Shown here piece by piece: positions 55,032-62,968 of a stretch of 64,000 nucleotides of DNA; within the stretch, counting starts at the first letter, position 1; every line of letters begins with the position of its first letter. The stretch is from a virus (Duplodnaviria; Caudoviricetes). Both the position numbers and the translations under genes were made by a program. Under the pieces are notes generated by a model. That model saw nothing but the letters and a program-made list of their open reading frames with translations, was not told where the DNA came from and made no database searches. The stretch lies in the IMG/VR virus record IMGVR_UViG_3300027969_000040; one strand, 5' to 3'.

Positions 55032-55459
55032 TATGCTGCGTATCCGTGTAAAATTATAATAGTTTGCCCCAAAGGTGGCACACTAGTAAAGGTTATCTGA
55101 CTGCCATCAACTGTAAATGCTACCCCAGGATTTTGAAAAACATTACCAACATAAACTAAAAGATAATTTTCATCACCTTTTCTATAATTACTTTTCATTG
55201 GCCCAAAAATTACTTGAGCGCCTGTTCCTAAAAATGTATCTTTTCCTACAATTGCGGATCCTACTCTAGTAACTAAAGTTCTCCAAGCACCAGTGACTTC
55301 ACTGGCTGTTTTTATAAAAATTTCAGGGGCAATTGTATTTTTATTATATCTAATCAATCCAGGGACAGGAGCATTTGGTCCCACTGAACTATAACCCATT
55401 GGCAATCGTATGCTGTAACTGCCACTTTTTAATTCAGTATTTTTAAGGTATCGTCCCAT
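55031..55459 (-). CDS. Virion structural protein (~142 aa) with baseplate-wedge-type beta-sandwich repeat
   Basis: DTFLGTG...LVYVGNVFQNP...FTVDGSQITFTSVPP motif, also present near the C-terminus of the 1719-aa fibre. ATG at 55459 preferred. Confidence 0.75.
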   Translation of the reverse strand: MGRYLKNTELKSGSYSIRLPMGYSSVGPNAPVPGLIRYNKNTIAPEIFIKTASEVTGAWRTLVTRVGSAIVGKDTFLGTGAQVIFGPMKSNYRKGDENYLLVYVGNVFQNPGVAFTVDGSQITFTSVPPLGQTIIILHGYAA

Positions 55460-55460
55460 T

Positions 55461-56783
55461 TTATATACCAATAGTAGAAACAGTTGCTACAACATCGGGT
55501 AAAGATATTCCGGTTACAATACCATCGGTATAATAGTTCCAGTCTTCACCATTGCTACTAGTAGCAACTCTTGCACCATATCCAACTGCCATAAATTCAG
55601 ACCTGGCATTGTTCCATATTAAGCAAGAGCCTGCAACAGAATTCCAAGGTAAATTATTTAATGTATGCGATACCGTCCATTGAGTACCATCGTATACAAA
55701 TATATCCGAGCTGCTACCAATAACATAGAATCCGTATCCAACTCTGAATGTCGCGCCACCAGATCCTAATATTGATAAACTTCCTGCTTGAGCCAAACCA
55801 GGATTATAATTCCACGTAACAGCATCGTAACTAGTAGCTGCTTTATTGTTATCCAACGATAATGCTAGATAACCAGTTGCCAACGATCCTGAAAAAACTA
55901 TTGTTGTTACTCTGGTAGATTGTCCCCATGCAACATTATTTTGTAAATCGTCAATAATAGTCCAGGTAGCACCGTCGGTTGTTTTTGCCATTATGCCGCC
56001 TTCGCCACCTATTATAAAAGTTGTGCCATCCCACATAACAGTTGTTACATCTGTTTGTTGCCAGGTTGTACCTGACAGGCTTGGCTGATAATCCCAACTC
56101 TGTCCGTCAATACTAGTGGCAATACGAGCACTGTTTCCCACTGCTATAGCAATTGAATTATTTGTTGCAATTGCGTTTATGTCGTTGGAACCCCAGTCTG
56201 GTAAACTAGAAATACCTGTAGCATTAGTCCAAGCTATGCCATCTGTACTAATACCCATCCAGCCCTGTTGGCCTACTACTATATATTTTTTTCCTATCAT
56301 TCTGACTACGCCAGTAGCATCTACTGAATCCGGCCAAGTGATGTTAATTAACCCTGGCTGATAAGTCCAACTTTCACCTGTAGGGCTAGTAGCAACTTTA
56401 CCACTTTTACCTACTATTAAATATTCGTTTCTGTCAGGTGCCCATATAGCTGCACTAATTTTATCAATTGCACCCCATAGAGTCTGAGCTAATCCAATAC
56501 TTGCAATCGATGATGGATCAACAATACTGGCACATATAGTATCTCCGTCGTCTAAAATTAATTTTTCAGATTCTACTACATAAGTATCATGCGACGTTAA
56601 TGGTACATTATAATAAATTAATGTTTGGATTCCAGGTTGATAATTTTTTGGTACAGCATACACATTAAATAAAATTGGTATGCTGCCGGTGTTGCAGAAA
56701 TACATAGTAGTAACTGCATTACTGCCGTTACTAACGTAGATATTAGCTATAGTTGGTGTTATAATTGTACTTGTTAATGCCAT
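55461..56783 (-). CDS. Adaptor-like domain with inserted seven-bladed beta-propeller (440 aa)
   Basis: Seven VG...ATS-x-DG-x-x-W (Asp-box/BNR-like) repeats counted. Confidence 0.8.
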   Translation of the reverse strand: MALTSTIITPTIANIYVSNGSNAVTTMYFCNTGSIPILFNVYAVPKNYQPGIQTLIYYNVPLTSHDTYVVESEKLILDDGDTICASIVDPSSIASIGLAQTLWGAIDKISAAIWAPDRNEYLIVGKSGKVATSPTGESWTYQPGLINITWPDSVDATGVVRMIGKKYIVVGQQGWMGISTDGIAWTNATGISSLPDWGSNDINAIATNNSIAIAVGNSARIATSIDGQSWDYQPSLSGTTWQQTDVTTVMWDGTTFIIGGEGGIMAKTTDGATWTIIDDLQNNVAWGQSTRVTTIVFSGSLATGYLALSLDNNKAATSYDAVTWNYNPGLAQAGSLSILGSGGATFRVGYGFYVIGSSSDIFVYDGTQWTVSHTLNNLPWNSVAGSCLIWNNARSEFMAVGYGARVATSSNGEDWNYYTDGIVTGISLPDVVATVSTIGI

Positions 56784-56791
56784 AAAATATC

Positions 56792-57424
56792 CTATAACAC
56801 TAATGAAAATATTAGTGCTTTTCTTTTTGTAATTAATTCTGCGTTTAAAACTGACGAATTTGATACATATAAACCTGCTGCACCTGCTTCTGGTGCTTTA
56901 CTATATATCACAGTAGCATCATTGACTGCTGGTAATACATTTGTAACTGTACTGCTGATTTGTATGCCAGCATTTGGTCCAGTTGGTGCATTTCCTGGCA
57001 CTAATACTATGTTCTCTCCCGGCGACGATCTAATTTCGTATCCAGCTAAATTTAAATGCCCACCTAATGTTGGAGTTGGGTCGTCTGCAACCATTGACAT
57101 AATGTCTCTGTATAAGAAACTATCATATGTCATTTGCCATTTATTTAATTGTTCAGTCCATTGTATTGCTGCCTTAGGACTATCACCACGACTGACTTCT
57201 ATACCAGCATTTAGTATTGGTATTCCTGTTGTTACATTAGCAGCTAAAGTAATAAAATTATCAGATATTAGTGTTTCAACCGACCCAATATTAGTTTGGT
57301 TGCCAACTACTACTAAATTGCCAAAAATACTCACTGAGCCGCGGCCGCCTAAAGCGTCAATGTAGATATTACCGCCTAAAGCGGTTAAATACCAATCGCC
57401 AGATGTACGATCAACCGTAGCCAT
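56792..57424 (-). CDS. Fibre-shaft-like virion protein (210 aa) with hydrophobic C-terminus
   Basis: GNLVVVGNQT...DNFITL...AGIEV-x-RG shaft motif; ends LITKRKALIFSLVL; TAG stop. Confidence 0.8.
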   Translation of the reverse strand: MATVDRTSGDWYLTALGGNIYIDALGGRGSVSIFGNLVVVGNQTNIGSVETLISDNFITLAANVTTGIPILNAGIEVSRGDSPKAAIQWTEQLNKWQMTYDSFLYRDIMSMVADDPTPTLGGHLNLAGYEIRSSPGENIVLVPGNAPTGPNAGIQISSTVTNVLPAVNDATVIYSKAPEAGAAGLYVSNSSVLNAELITKRKALIFSLVL

Positions 57425-57443
57425 GAATTATTCCTATTTTAGA

Positions 57444-57450
57444 TATTTAT
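57444..57450 (-). promoter_or_regulatory. T4-type late promoter ATAAATA in hairpin loop
   Basis: Between the terminator and the RBS of the 210-aa gene. Confidence 0.75.
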
Positions 57451-57465
57451 CATCTAAGATAAGTT

Positions 57466-57495
57466 AAAAAAATAGCTGCCACAGCAGCTATTTTT
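57466..57495. terminator. Rho-independent terminator, symmetric/bidirectional
   Basis: AAAAATAGCTGC-caca-GCAGCTATTTTT, 12-bp inverted repeat with A/T tracts on both sides. Confidence 0.85.
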
Positions 57496-57509
57496 ATTTA
57501 AAAACGAAT

Positions 57510-58520
57510 TTAAGCGTTTGATATTTTGATGTTAACATCGGCTGCAAAGTATGGTTGATTGTCATATACTTTAGTACCGCTAGTACCATTTGCAGTCCAT
57601 GCTACTGAACTATCACTTGCAAATTGATGACTAGCACCGGTACCACGAGTTACTCGTGCTCGATGATTTGATAACTTTGTAATGTAATATTGATTGCCAG
57701 CAGTGTCGGTCGCTGTGATAGAAGCTTCGCCGGCTGCATTTACAGCTGAATCTTTCAACTTGACAATACCAGTTCTTGTACCATCTGTTACTTTATAACG
57801 ACGACCAGAAACTTGTCTAATTACATCAACTGCGGTTGCTGAACCACCAGTTAAGTATGCTGTCATAGTAATTGCATTCTCGTTTTGACCAACTACAGCC
57901 GATGATCCCATTACTGCATCACCAGTAACCGATTGGCTAAATGATACAGCCGCATCGGTTGGATCGGTATATCCAGAACCGTTGTTAATCATCAACACTG
58001 ATTTGGCACGATAACGCAATGTCAATGTTGCGCCAGTGGCTGTACTTGCTGAGCCGTCGGCGTGTGTTACTGTGGTTGCTTGTGCCCCAGTTGCTAAAGC
58101 ACCCGATGCATACAAGAATGTGCCACGGCTCAATGGTGTTACAGCAGTAACATCGTCGCCGCCGGTTCCACCAATTGTATTAACTGTAAAAGTTGCTGTG
58201 CCGGCGGAAGTAGTAACTGTTAGAATATCACCGGCTACGTATCCAGCCATTGTACCGCCAATGGCAGTTGCACTTTCAACTTCAGATGTAATACTACCAG
58301 TTGCACGTACAGCACCTAGTGCTAACTTGTCTGGATCACTGAATGTAGTCGATGGTCGTACTGTATACGCACCCAGGGCAGTTAATGTTACACTAGCAAT
58401 CTGATTACCACCAAGACCGTCATCGCCTTGATTTGCAGAATTATGTGCGTTTGTACTTTCGGCACCATTAGCGCCGATGTTGCGATTACCAAAATATTTT
58501 TTATTTAAAGGACGTCCCAT
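57510..58520 (-). CDS. Conserved-looking virion protein immediately after capsid gene (336 aa)
   Basis: MGRPLNKKYFGN start; strong AAGGAG RBS; own late promoter and terminator, suggesting high expression. Function unknown. Confidence 0.8.
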   Translation of the reverse strand: MGRPLNKKYFGNRNIGANGAESTNAHNSANQGDDGLGGNQIASVTLTALGAYTVRPSTTFSDPDKLALGAVRATGSITSEVESATAIGGTMAGYVAGDILTVTTSAGTATFTVNTIGGTGGDDVTAVTPLSRGTFLYASGALATGAQATTVTHADGSASTATGATLTLRYRAKSVLMINNGSGYTDPTDAAVSFSQSVTGDAVMGSSAVVGQNENAITMTAYLTGGSATAVDVIRQVSGRRYKVTDGTRTGIVKLKDSAVNAAGEASITATDTAGNQYYITKLSNHRARVTRGTGASHQFASDSSVAWTANGTSGTKVYDNQPYFAADVNIKISNA

Positions 58521-58541
58521 TTTATTTTCTCCTTAAGAATT

Positions 58542-58599
58542 TATGGCGTTCTATGCCATACGCGGTTGGATTTCCGCATAAAACTTGCCCTATGCAAGT
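58542..58599 (-). ncRNA. Candidate structured 5' leader (three tandem hairpins)
   Basis: ACTTGC/GCAAGT, ATGCGG/CCGCGT and TATGGC/GCCATA stems in series between the late promoter and RBS. Confidence 0.5.
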
Positions 58600-58608
58600 C
58601 GTACTGTC

Positions 58609-58615
58609 TATTTAT
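58609..58615 (-). promoter_or_regulatory. T4-type late promoter ATAAATA
   Basis: Downstream of the capsid terminator, upstream of the structured leader. Confidence 0.75.
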
Positions 58616-58648
58616 CAAACCTTAATAATTTATTATTAATTAGCCAAC

Positions 58649-58671
58649 AAAAAAGGCTCCGAAGAGCCTTT
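58649..58671 (-). terminator. Capsid-gene terminator with cUUCGg tetraloop
   Basis: Minus strand AAAGGCTC-TTCG-GAGCCTTTTTT; C(UUCG)G loops are typical of T4-like terminators. Confidence 0.9.
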
Positions 58672-58714
58672 AATGTAACTTCCCATCCCAAGGGTAAAAA
58701 GTTTGGTTCCGTTT

Positions 58715-59884
58715 TTATTGGAACGATAGATTTTGTACAGCGATCTCAGATACGTAGTCACCTGCGTTGCCTAAAGAACTTGCTGTGTTTGTTAATTCAA
58801 CATATCCATAACGTGTCATGAAACCAACTACTGGCTCAAACGTTTGTGGATCAAGAACAACACCACTGCTCATCAATGGAACATATGGGCAATAGAATGC
58901 TGCTGCGTCAGCTTCGCTGGAACCTTTGTATCCAACTAGAACTGGCTTTTGGTCGTCAGCATAGCTGTCAACGAAAATACGCATTGCGCCATTCAATGTA
59001 CCAACAAACTTAGTGTTTGTAGGTGCTTCAAATGTACCTTCTGTAGTGCGAGCAAAAGCACTAGTTGTAGCAGACTGTAGCACAGTTAGTGCAGCAGATG
59101 AAACAACAGCCCAGTTTGCAGCGCCACGACGTGTACGTTGTGCAATTGAGTTAGCTGCGCGGTTAATTAAAACAGCTAGAGCAGCATGCTCGTCACCAAC
59201 GAATGTTGCGGTTCCGGATACAGCAGCCTGATTGTAATAGAATTCAGTTGCAGCTAGTGAGCGCAATGATGCTAAAACTTCTTGGTCAATTTCAACTGTA
59301 ATTTCTTGTGCTAGAGCAGCCATGATTTCTGCCTCAACATCCAAACCGTGCATAGCTTGTGCGTCTTGAGCAGCTTCAAATGTCCAACGAGCAGATAGCT
59401 TACGAGTACGAGCCTCAACTACTTGCTTCAAGATTTGAACATTGATACGATTTCCTGGTACACCTTCTAATGCACTTGTTGAATATGCTCTTGATGTTGC
59501 TGGGTTACCAGAATATGCTGTAGCAATTTTGAATGGGCTTAGTGCTTCGTCGCCAACGCTAGCGCCATCGTTTCCTGCGGAAACATTATCAGCATAACGA
59601 ACACGTAGAGTGTGGATCTGTGCAACAGGTCCGGTCATTGGTTGTACACCAACGATTTCGTTAGCAATAACGGTAGGCATTACACGACGAATAACTGGAA
59701 GAATTACACGGTTAAGTGTAGACATATTTCCAGATGTTGTTGCACCAGTGCTTGCTGTCTCAGCTAGATTTCTGCGAGTATTTTCTAGGATAATACTCAT
59801 TGTTGTGCGGCGTGATCCTTGTAGACCTTCTAGCAGGGCATCTTTAGTTTCGCCCCAACGGCCTTCTAATAGTTCTTGTGTCAT
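58715..59884 (-). CDS. gp23: Major capsid protein, T4 gp23-like (389 aa)
   Basis: VGVQPMTGPVAQIHTLRVRY, TRKLSARWTFEAAQD, IMAALAQEITVEIDQE, AAFYCPYVPL and GFMTRYG are gp23-family motifs. Confidence 0.97.
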   Translation of the reverse strand: MTQELLEGRWGETKDALLEGLQGSRRTTMSIILENTRRNLAETASTGATTSGNMSTLNRVILPVIRRVMPTVIANEIVGVQPMTGPVAQIHTLRVRYADNVSAGNDGASVGDEALSPFKIATAYSGNPATSRAYSTSALEGVPGNRINVQILKQVVEARTRKLSARWTFEAAQDAQAMHGLDVEAEIMAALAQEITVEIDQEVLASLRSLAATEFYYNQAAVSGTATFVGDEHAALAVLINRAANSIAQRTRRGAANWAVVSSAALTVLQSATTSAFARTTEGTFEAPTNTKFVGTLNGAMRIFVDSYADDQKPVLVGYKGSSEADAAAFYCPYVPLMSSGVVLDPQTFEPVVGFMTRYGYVELTNTASSLGNAGDYVSEIAVQNLSFQ

Positions 59885-59910
59885 TTTCTTTCCTTTAAGG
59901 TTTAACTATA

Positions 59911-61005
59911 TTATTTTAACCCTGCTAATCGACGTAACTCAACAACATTAGTGTTGGATTGAGTTGTCACTTTAGCAGTCTTATCTCCAGTTACTGCAAC
60001 ATGTCCTTCATTTAGAGTAGTCGTAGACTTCTCTTTTGTAGAACTTGATGTTAGTACTGCTGGAAGATACTTATCAAATGCCGACTTTAATTTATCAGTC
60101 TGCACGTTTTCAAGAAGTTCGCGCATTACCACTTGCTTCTCGCGGGTAAGAGTACCCAATAATCCAGAAATTACTTCCTTACGATTAATACTCTCAGTAA
60201 TCACGCGAATTTCGCGATCTTTCGATTCAACAAGCTGACGTGTATCAACTGCGGCTTTAGAAGCCTCATTGATTTGTGCTTGTTGTTGATTAATAACTTG
60301 TTTTAGTTTTTGCAATTCGCGATTTTCATTAAGATGAGTCAATGAAAATTCACCAGCAAAAGCTTCGAATATACGACGGCCAAACATGTTCTCACGAGCA
60401 AGTTGAATGTCTTCTTTGAGTTGTGATAGTTCAGCACCTAGTTTTGTAGTCACTGATTCTTTAACAAGTTGTGCGCTGCTAGCAATGAAACGTTTTTGTA
60501 ATTCGCTAATTTTTTCTCTAGCTTCTGCAACTAGTTTAACTTTAGTTTCGATTACGGCTTGTTTGTCTTGCGCAAATTCTCTAATTTCTCCCGCCAATGA
60601 GCGAACAATGAATTGTTCCAGACGACGATAGTTTTCAGTTTGAATTTTGCGGTCTTTGTGCAACTCTTTAATTTCTTCAGCTAGTTTAGTAGCCATGAAA
60701 TTATTGAATCTGCCAGCACTTTCCATCATGTGGTTTTTAACACGCACACGATCTTCTACTACAGCTTGTTTTTCGCCAACAAATTCTTCAATTTCTTTAG
60801 CGAGACTTTCAGTAACCATTTTGTCTAGGGCTTCTACCATTACTTGTTTGTCATGATTGTAGCGACTAGCCATTTCTTCGCGCAATTCGGCACGAATACT
60901 TTCACGAGCTTCGTTCAACTTGGTTTCCCAAGCTTCGCTGATAGCTGTACGAGTTTCCTCGTTAACAATGCCACTATCTAATAATGGTTTGATAGCATCA
61001 AACAT
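59911..61005 (-). CDS. gp22: Prohead core scaffold protein, T4 gp22-like (364 aa)
   Basis: Position between protease and capsid genes; Glu/Lys/Arg-rich coiled-coil composition. Confidence 0.85.
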   Translation of the reverse strand: MFDAIKPLLDSGIVNEETRTAISEAWETKLNEARESIRAELREEMASRYNHDKQVMVEALDKMVTESLAKEIEEFVGEKQAVVEDRVRVKNHMMESAGRFNNFMATKLAEEIKELHKDRKIQTENYRRLEQFIVRSLAGEIREFAQDKQAVIETKVKLVAEAREKISELQKRFIASSAQLVKESVTTKLGAELSQLKEDIQLARENMFGRRIFEAFAGEFSLTHLNENRELQKLKQVINQQQAQINEASKAAVDTRQLVESKDREIRVITESINRKEVISGLLGTLTREKQVVMRELLENVQTDKLKSAFDKYLPAVLTSSSTKEKSTTTLNEGHVAVTGDKTAKVTTQSNTNVVELRRLAGLK

Positions 61006-61017
61006 AATAGCTTTCTC

Positions 61018-61653
61018 CTATAATTTTAAGTCTTTGATCAAGCGAGTTACCTGCTCTTTCAAATACTTTTGCACTTTTTTGTCGTCCTGAGCATCACGAG
61101 CTATTTCTAGCGCCTTGTGCCCATGCTTCATATTAAACAAACCTTCATAGATGGCTGTTGGATATGCATGTGGCGCACTAGGTTGTGCTACAATGTCAAC
61201 TGTGACTATCTCGAATTCACTGACGTGCCCAGTGCCTTCGCTGACGTTACCGCTACCGCGGCTTGAAACACCTAATTTAACACCACTTTCTAACATGGTT
61301 CGGACTAACTGTCCCATAGGTGTTGGTAGAATCTTTAACTTGCCGCAGCCTGCAGGACCATCCATCCACATTTGTTCAATCATGTGGCTGACACGGTCCA
61401 AATTAATTTTTAAATCATCTGGGTGATCTACTTCGCCTAGGACGCTGTAGCCACCTTTGATTTGCTCATTAATCTCTGACACTGCTTTGGTAATTTCATT
61501 AACAGGGTAAATACGCTCGTTTAGATTTCTTACGCCGCCTTCAATGAAAATACCTTTCATGTAGCACTCTTTGACTGAGCCAGACTTGCTATCCTCGTAG
61601 AGGACTTCCATGCCAGCACGGTCAAAGGTAAGATTTTCTTTTAAATAAGCCAT
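61018..61653 (-). CDS. gp21: Prohead core protease, T4 gp21-like (211 aa)
   Basis: KGIFI...NLNERIYP, LGEVDHP (His), LGVSSRGSG (Ser) and VDIVAQPS motifs. Confidence 0.95.
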   Translation of the reverse strand: MAYLKENLTFDRAGMEVLYEDSKSGSVKECYMKGIFIEGGVRNLNERIYPVNEITKAVSEINEQIKGGYSVLGEVDHPDDLKINLDRVSHMIEQMWMDGPAGCGKLKILPTPMGQLVRTMLESGVKLGVSSRGSGNVSEGTGHVSEFEIVTVDIVAQPSAPHAYPTAIYEGLFNMKHGHKALEIARDAQDDKKVQKYLKEQVTRLIKDLKL

Positions 61654-61662
61654 TATAACTAA

Positions 61663-62598
61663 TTAACGAGTGGTTTTACGTGCTACTTTACGTGACTCAG
61701 CTACTACGCTGCCTTTAGCAACCGGAACTGAACCATCGGTAGTTTGTCCTTCTTTGCCATGATTCTTTTCATAGCTAGTTTCATTCTTGTTGAAGAACTT
61801 GTTAGCACCATTGCCGCCAGGAATATTAACATTGCGTTTAGCGATGTCATTTTCTGTAGCACCTTTGCTATATGCATTGTTTGGCTTAGTATAAGCCTTA
61901 CCTTCAGGTGCCGCTTCCGATCCACCTTGGGCAATATTTTTGTTAGTTCCACCCATGTTGTTCTTAGGTTGATTTAGGCTTTTAGAATTAACAGGGGTAC
62001 TACCACCACTACTGCCAATTAGTTTGCCTTCAGATCCGCCCTTTTTTTCAGCGCCATGACCGTCTTTAACCGGAATAACATATTCCATCAATTCTGAATC
62101 ATCTGGCCCATGCATGCTGTGCATACTTACATCACCATGTACGCCTGGCTCGCCGTCTTCTTCATTTTCTTCGCCAGCAATGATTTTATCAAACTTTGCT
62201 TGCAATTCGTCTAATTCTGCTTCTAGACCCATAACACGATTGGACAAATCTTCTTCGCCTTCTTCGCCGCCGAATGGGTTTTCTTCGCCGCCTTCGCTGC
62301 CTTCTTCGCCGCCTTCTTCGTCGCCAAATGGGTTTTCTTCACCAGAGTCAGAATCTGACGATGGCATTTCCATTTCGCCTTCCTCTTCATCTTGTTCTTC
62401 GCTCATACCAAGGTGATCATTGGAAATTTCGTCTACTAGATCGTCTACACCGTTTGATTCGCCATGTGGGCTAACTTCATCGATTAGATTTTCATAAATT
62501 GATCTTGATTTTTCAACAACGATTTGGTGAAAAAGTTCACGTGCTTTGTCTTCTTGCTCATTGATGATATATTCAATTAGCTTTTCAAATTGGTTCAT
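61663..62598 (-). CDS. Highly acidic prohead core/internal protein (~311 aa)
   Basis: ATG at 62598 behind AAGGAG; EEGGEE/ENPFG repeats and basic C-terminus; occupies the position of T4 core genes 67/68. Confidence 0.75.
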   Translation of the reverse strand: MNQFEKLIEYIINEQEDKARELFHQIVVEKSRSIYENLIDEVSPHGESNGVDDLVDEISNDHLGMSEEQDEEEGEMEMPSSDSDSGEENPFGDEEGGEEGSEGGEENPFGGEEGEEDLSNRVMGLEAELDELQAKFDKIIAGEENEEDGEPGVHGDVSMHSMHGPDDSELMEYVIPVKDGHGAEKKGGSEGKLIGSSGGSTPVNSKSLNQPKNNMGGTNKNIAQGGSEAAPEGKAYTKPNNAYSKGATENDIAKRNVNIPGGNGANKFFNKNETSYEKNHGKEGQTTDGSVPVAKGSVVAESRKVARKTTR

Positions 62599-62651
62599 AG
62601 GAGGCTCCTTGTAATTATGTGAGTTAACCACATTATGTGGTCGCTTAATGA

Positions 62652-62658
62652 TATTTAC
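62652..62658 (-). promoter_or_regulatory. Probable late promoter variant GTAAATA
   Basis: Only TAAATA in the intergenic region upstream of the core/protease/scaffold/capsid genes. Confidence 0.55.
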
Positions 62659-62709
62659 ATAATATCGTAATATTATGCGTTAAATGGCGGTTTTTTGACG
62701 GTTTTTAAA

Positions 62710-62940
62710 TTAAAGACCAGGCATTCCAGCTGCTGCTGGAGGCTTGTACTGCTTTGCTACGTCTTCAACTTCTTGTTGACGTTCAAATGTACGTAGGTCA
62801 TTCATAACTCTCAGGCGTTTAATTTGTAGTAGAGTTAATCGGCTTTTACGAGAATCTGTCATTTTTTTAACAGATTGGTCATCATTTTCAGAGCTGTAGC
62901 CTTCAGCTGAATTAGTACTAAAAAATTCGGTTATAAACAT
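62710..62940 (-). CDS. Small protein downstream of portal (76 aa)
   Basis: RKSRLTLLQIKRLR basic helix; fills the gap between portal and core gene; no recognisable RBS. Confidence 0.7.
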   Translation of the reverse strand: MFITEFFSTNSAEGYSSENDDQSVKKMTDSRKSRLTLLQIKRLRVMNDLRTFERQQEVEDVAKQYKPPAAAGMPGL

Positions 62941-62968
62941 ATATGATATTTATCAAACGAATTAAAAA

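Noticed and set aside
58680-58696. G-quadruplex in the capsid 3' UTR
   Set aside because: Only two G3 tracts are present; four are needed for an intramolecular quadruplex.
37831-62631. ORF-track starts at 37843, 49472, 54129, 55471 and 62631
   Set aside because: Each upstream TTG/GTG overlaps or precedes the Shine-Dalgarno, promoter or previous stop; downstream starts at 37831, 49460, 54108, 55459 and 62598 fit RBS spacing or gene packing better.
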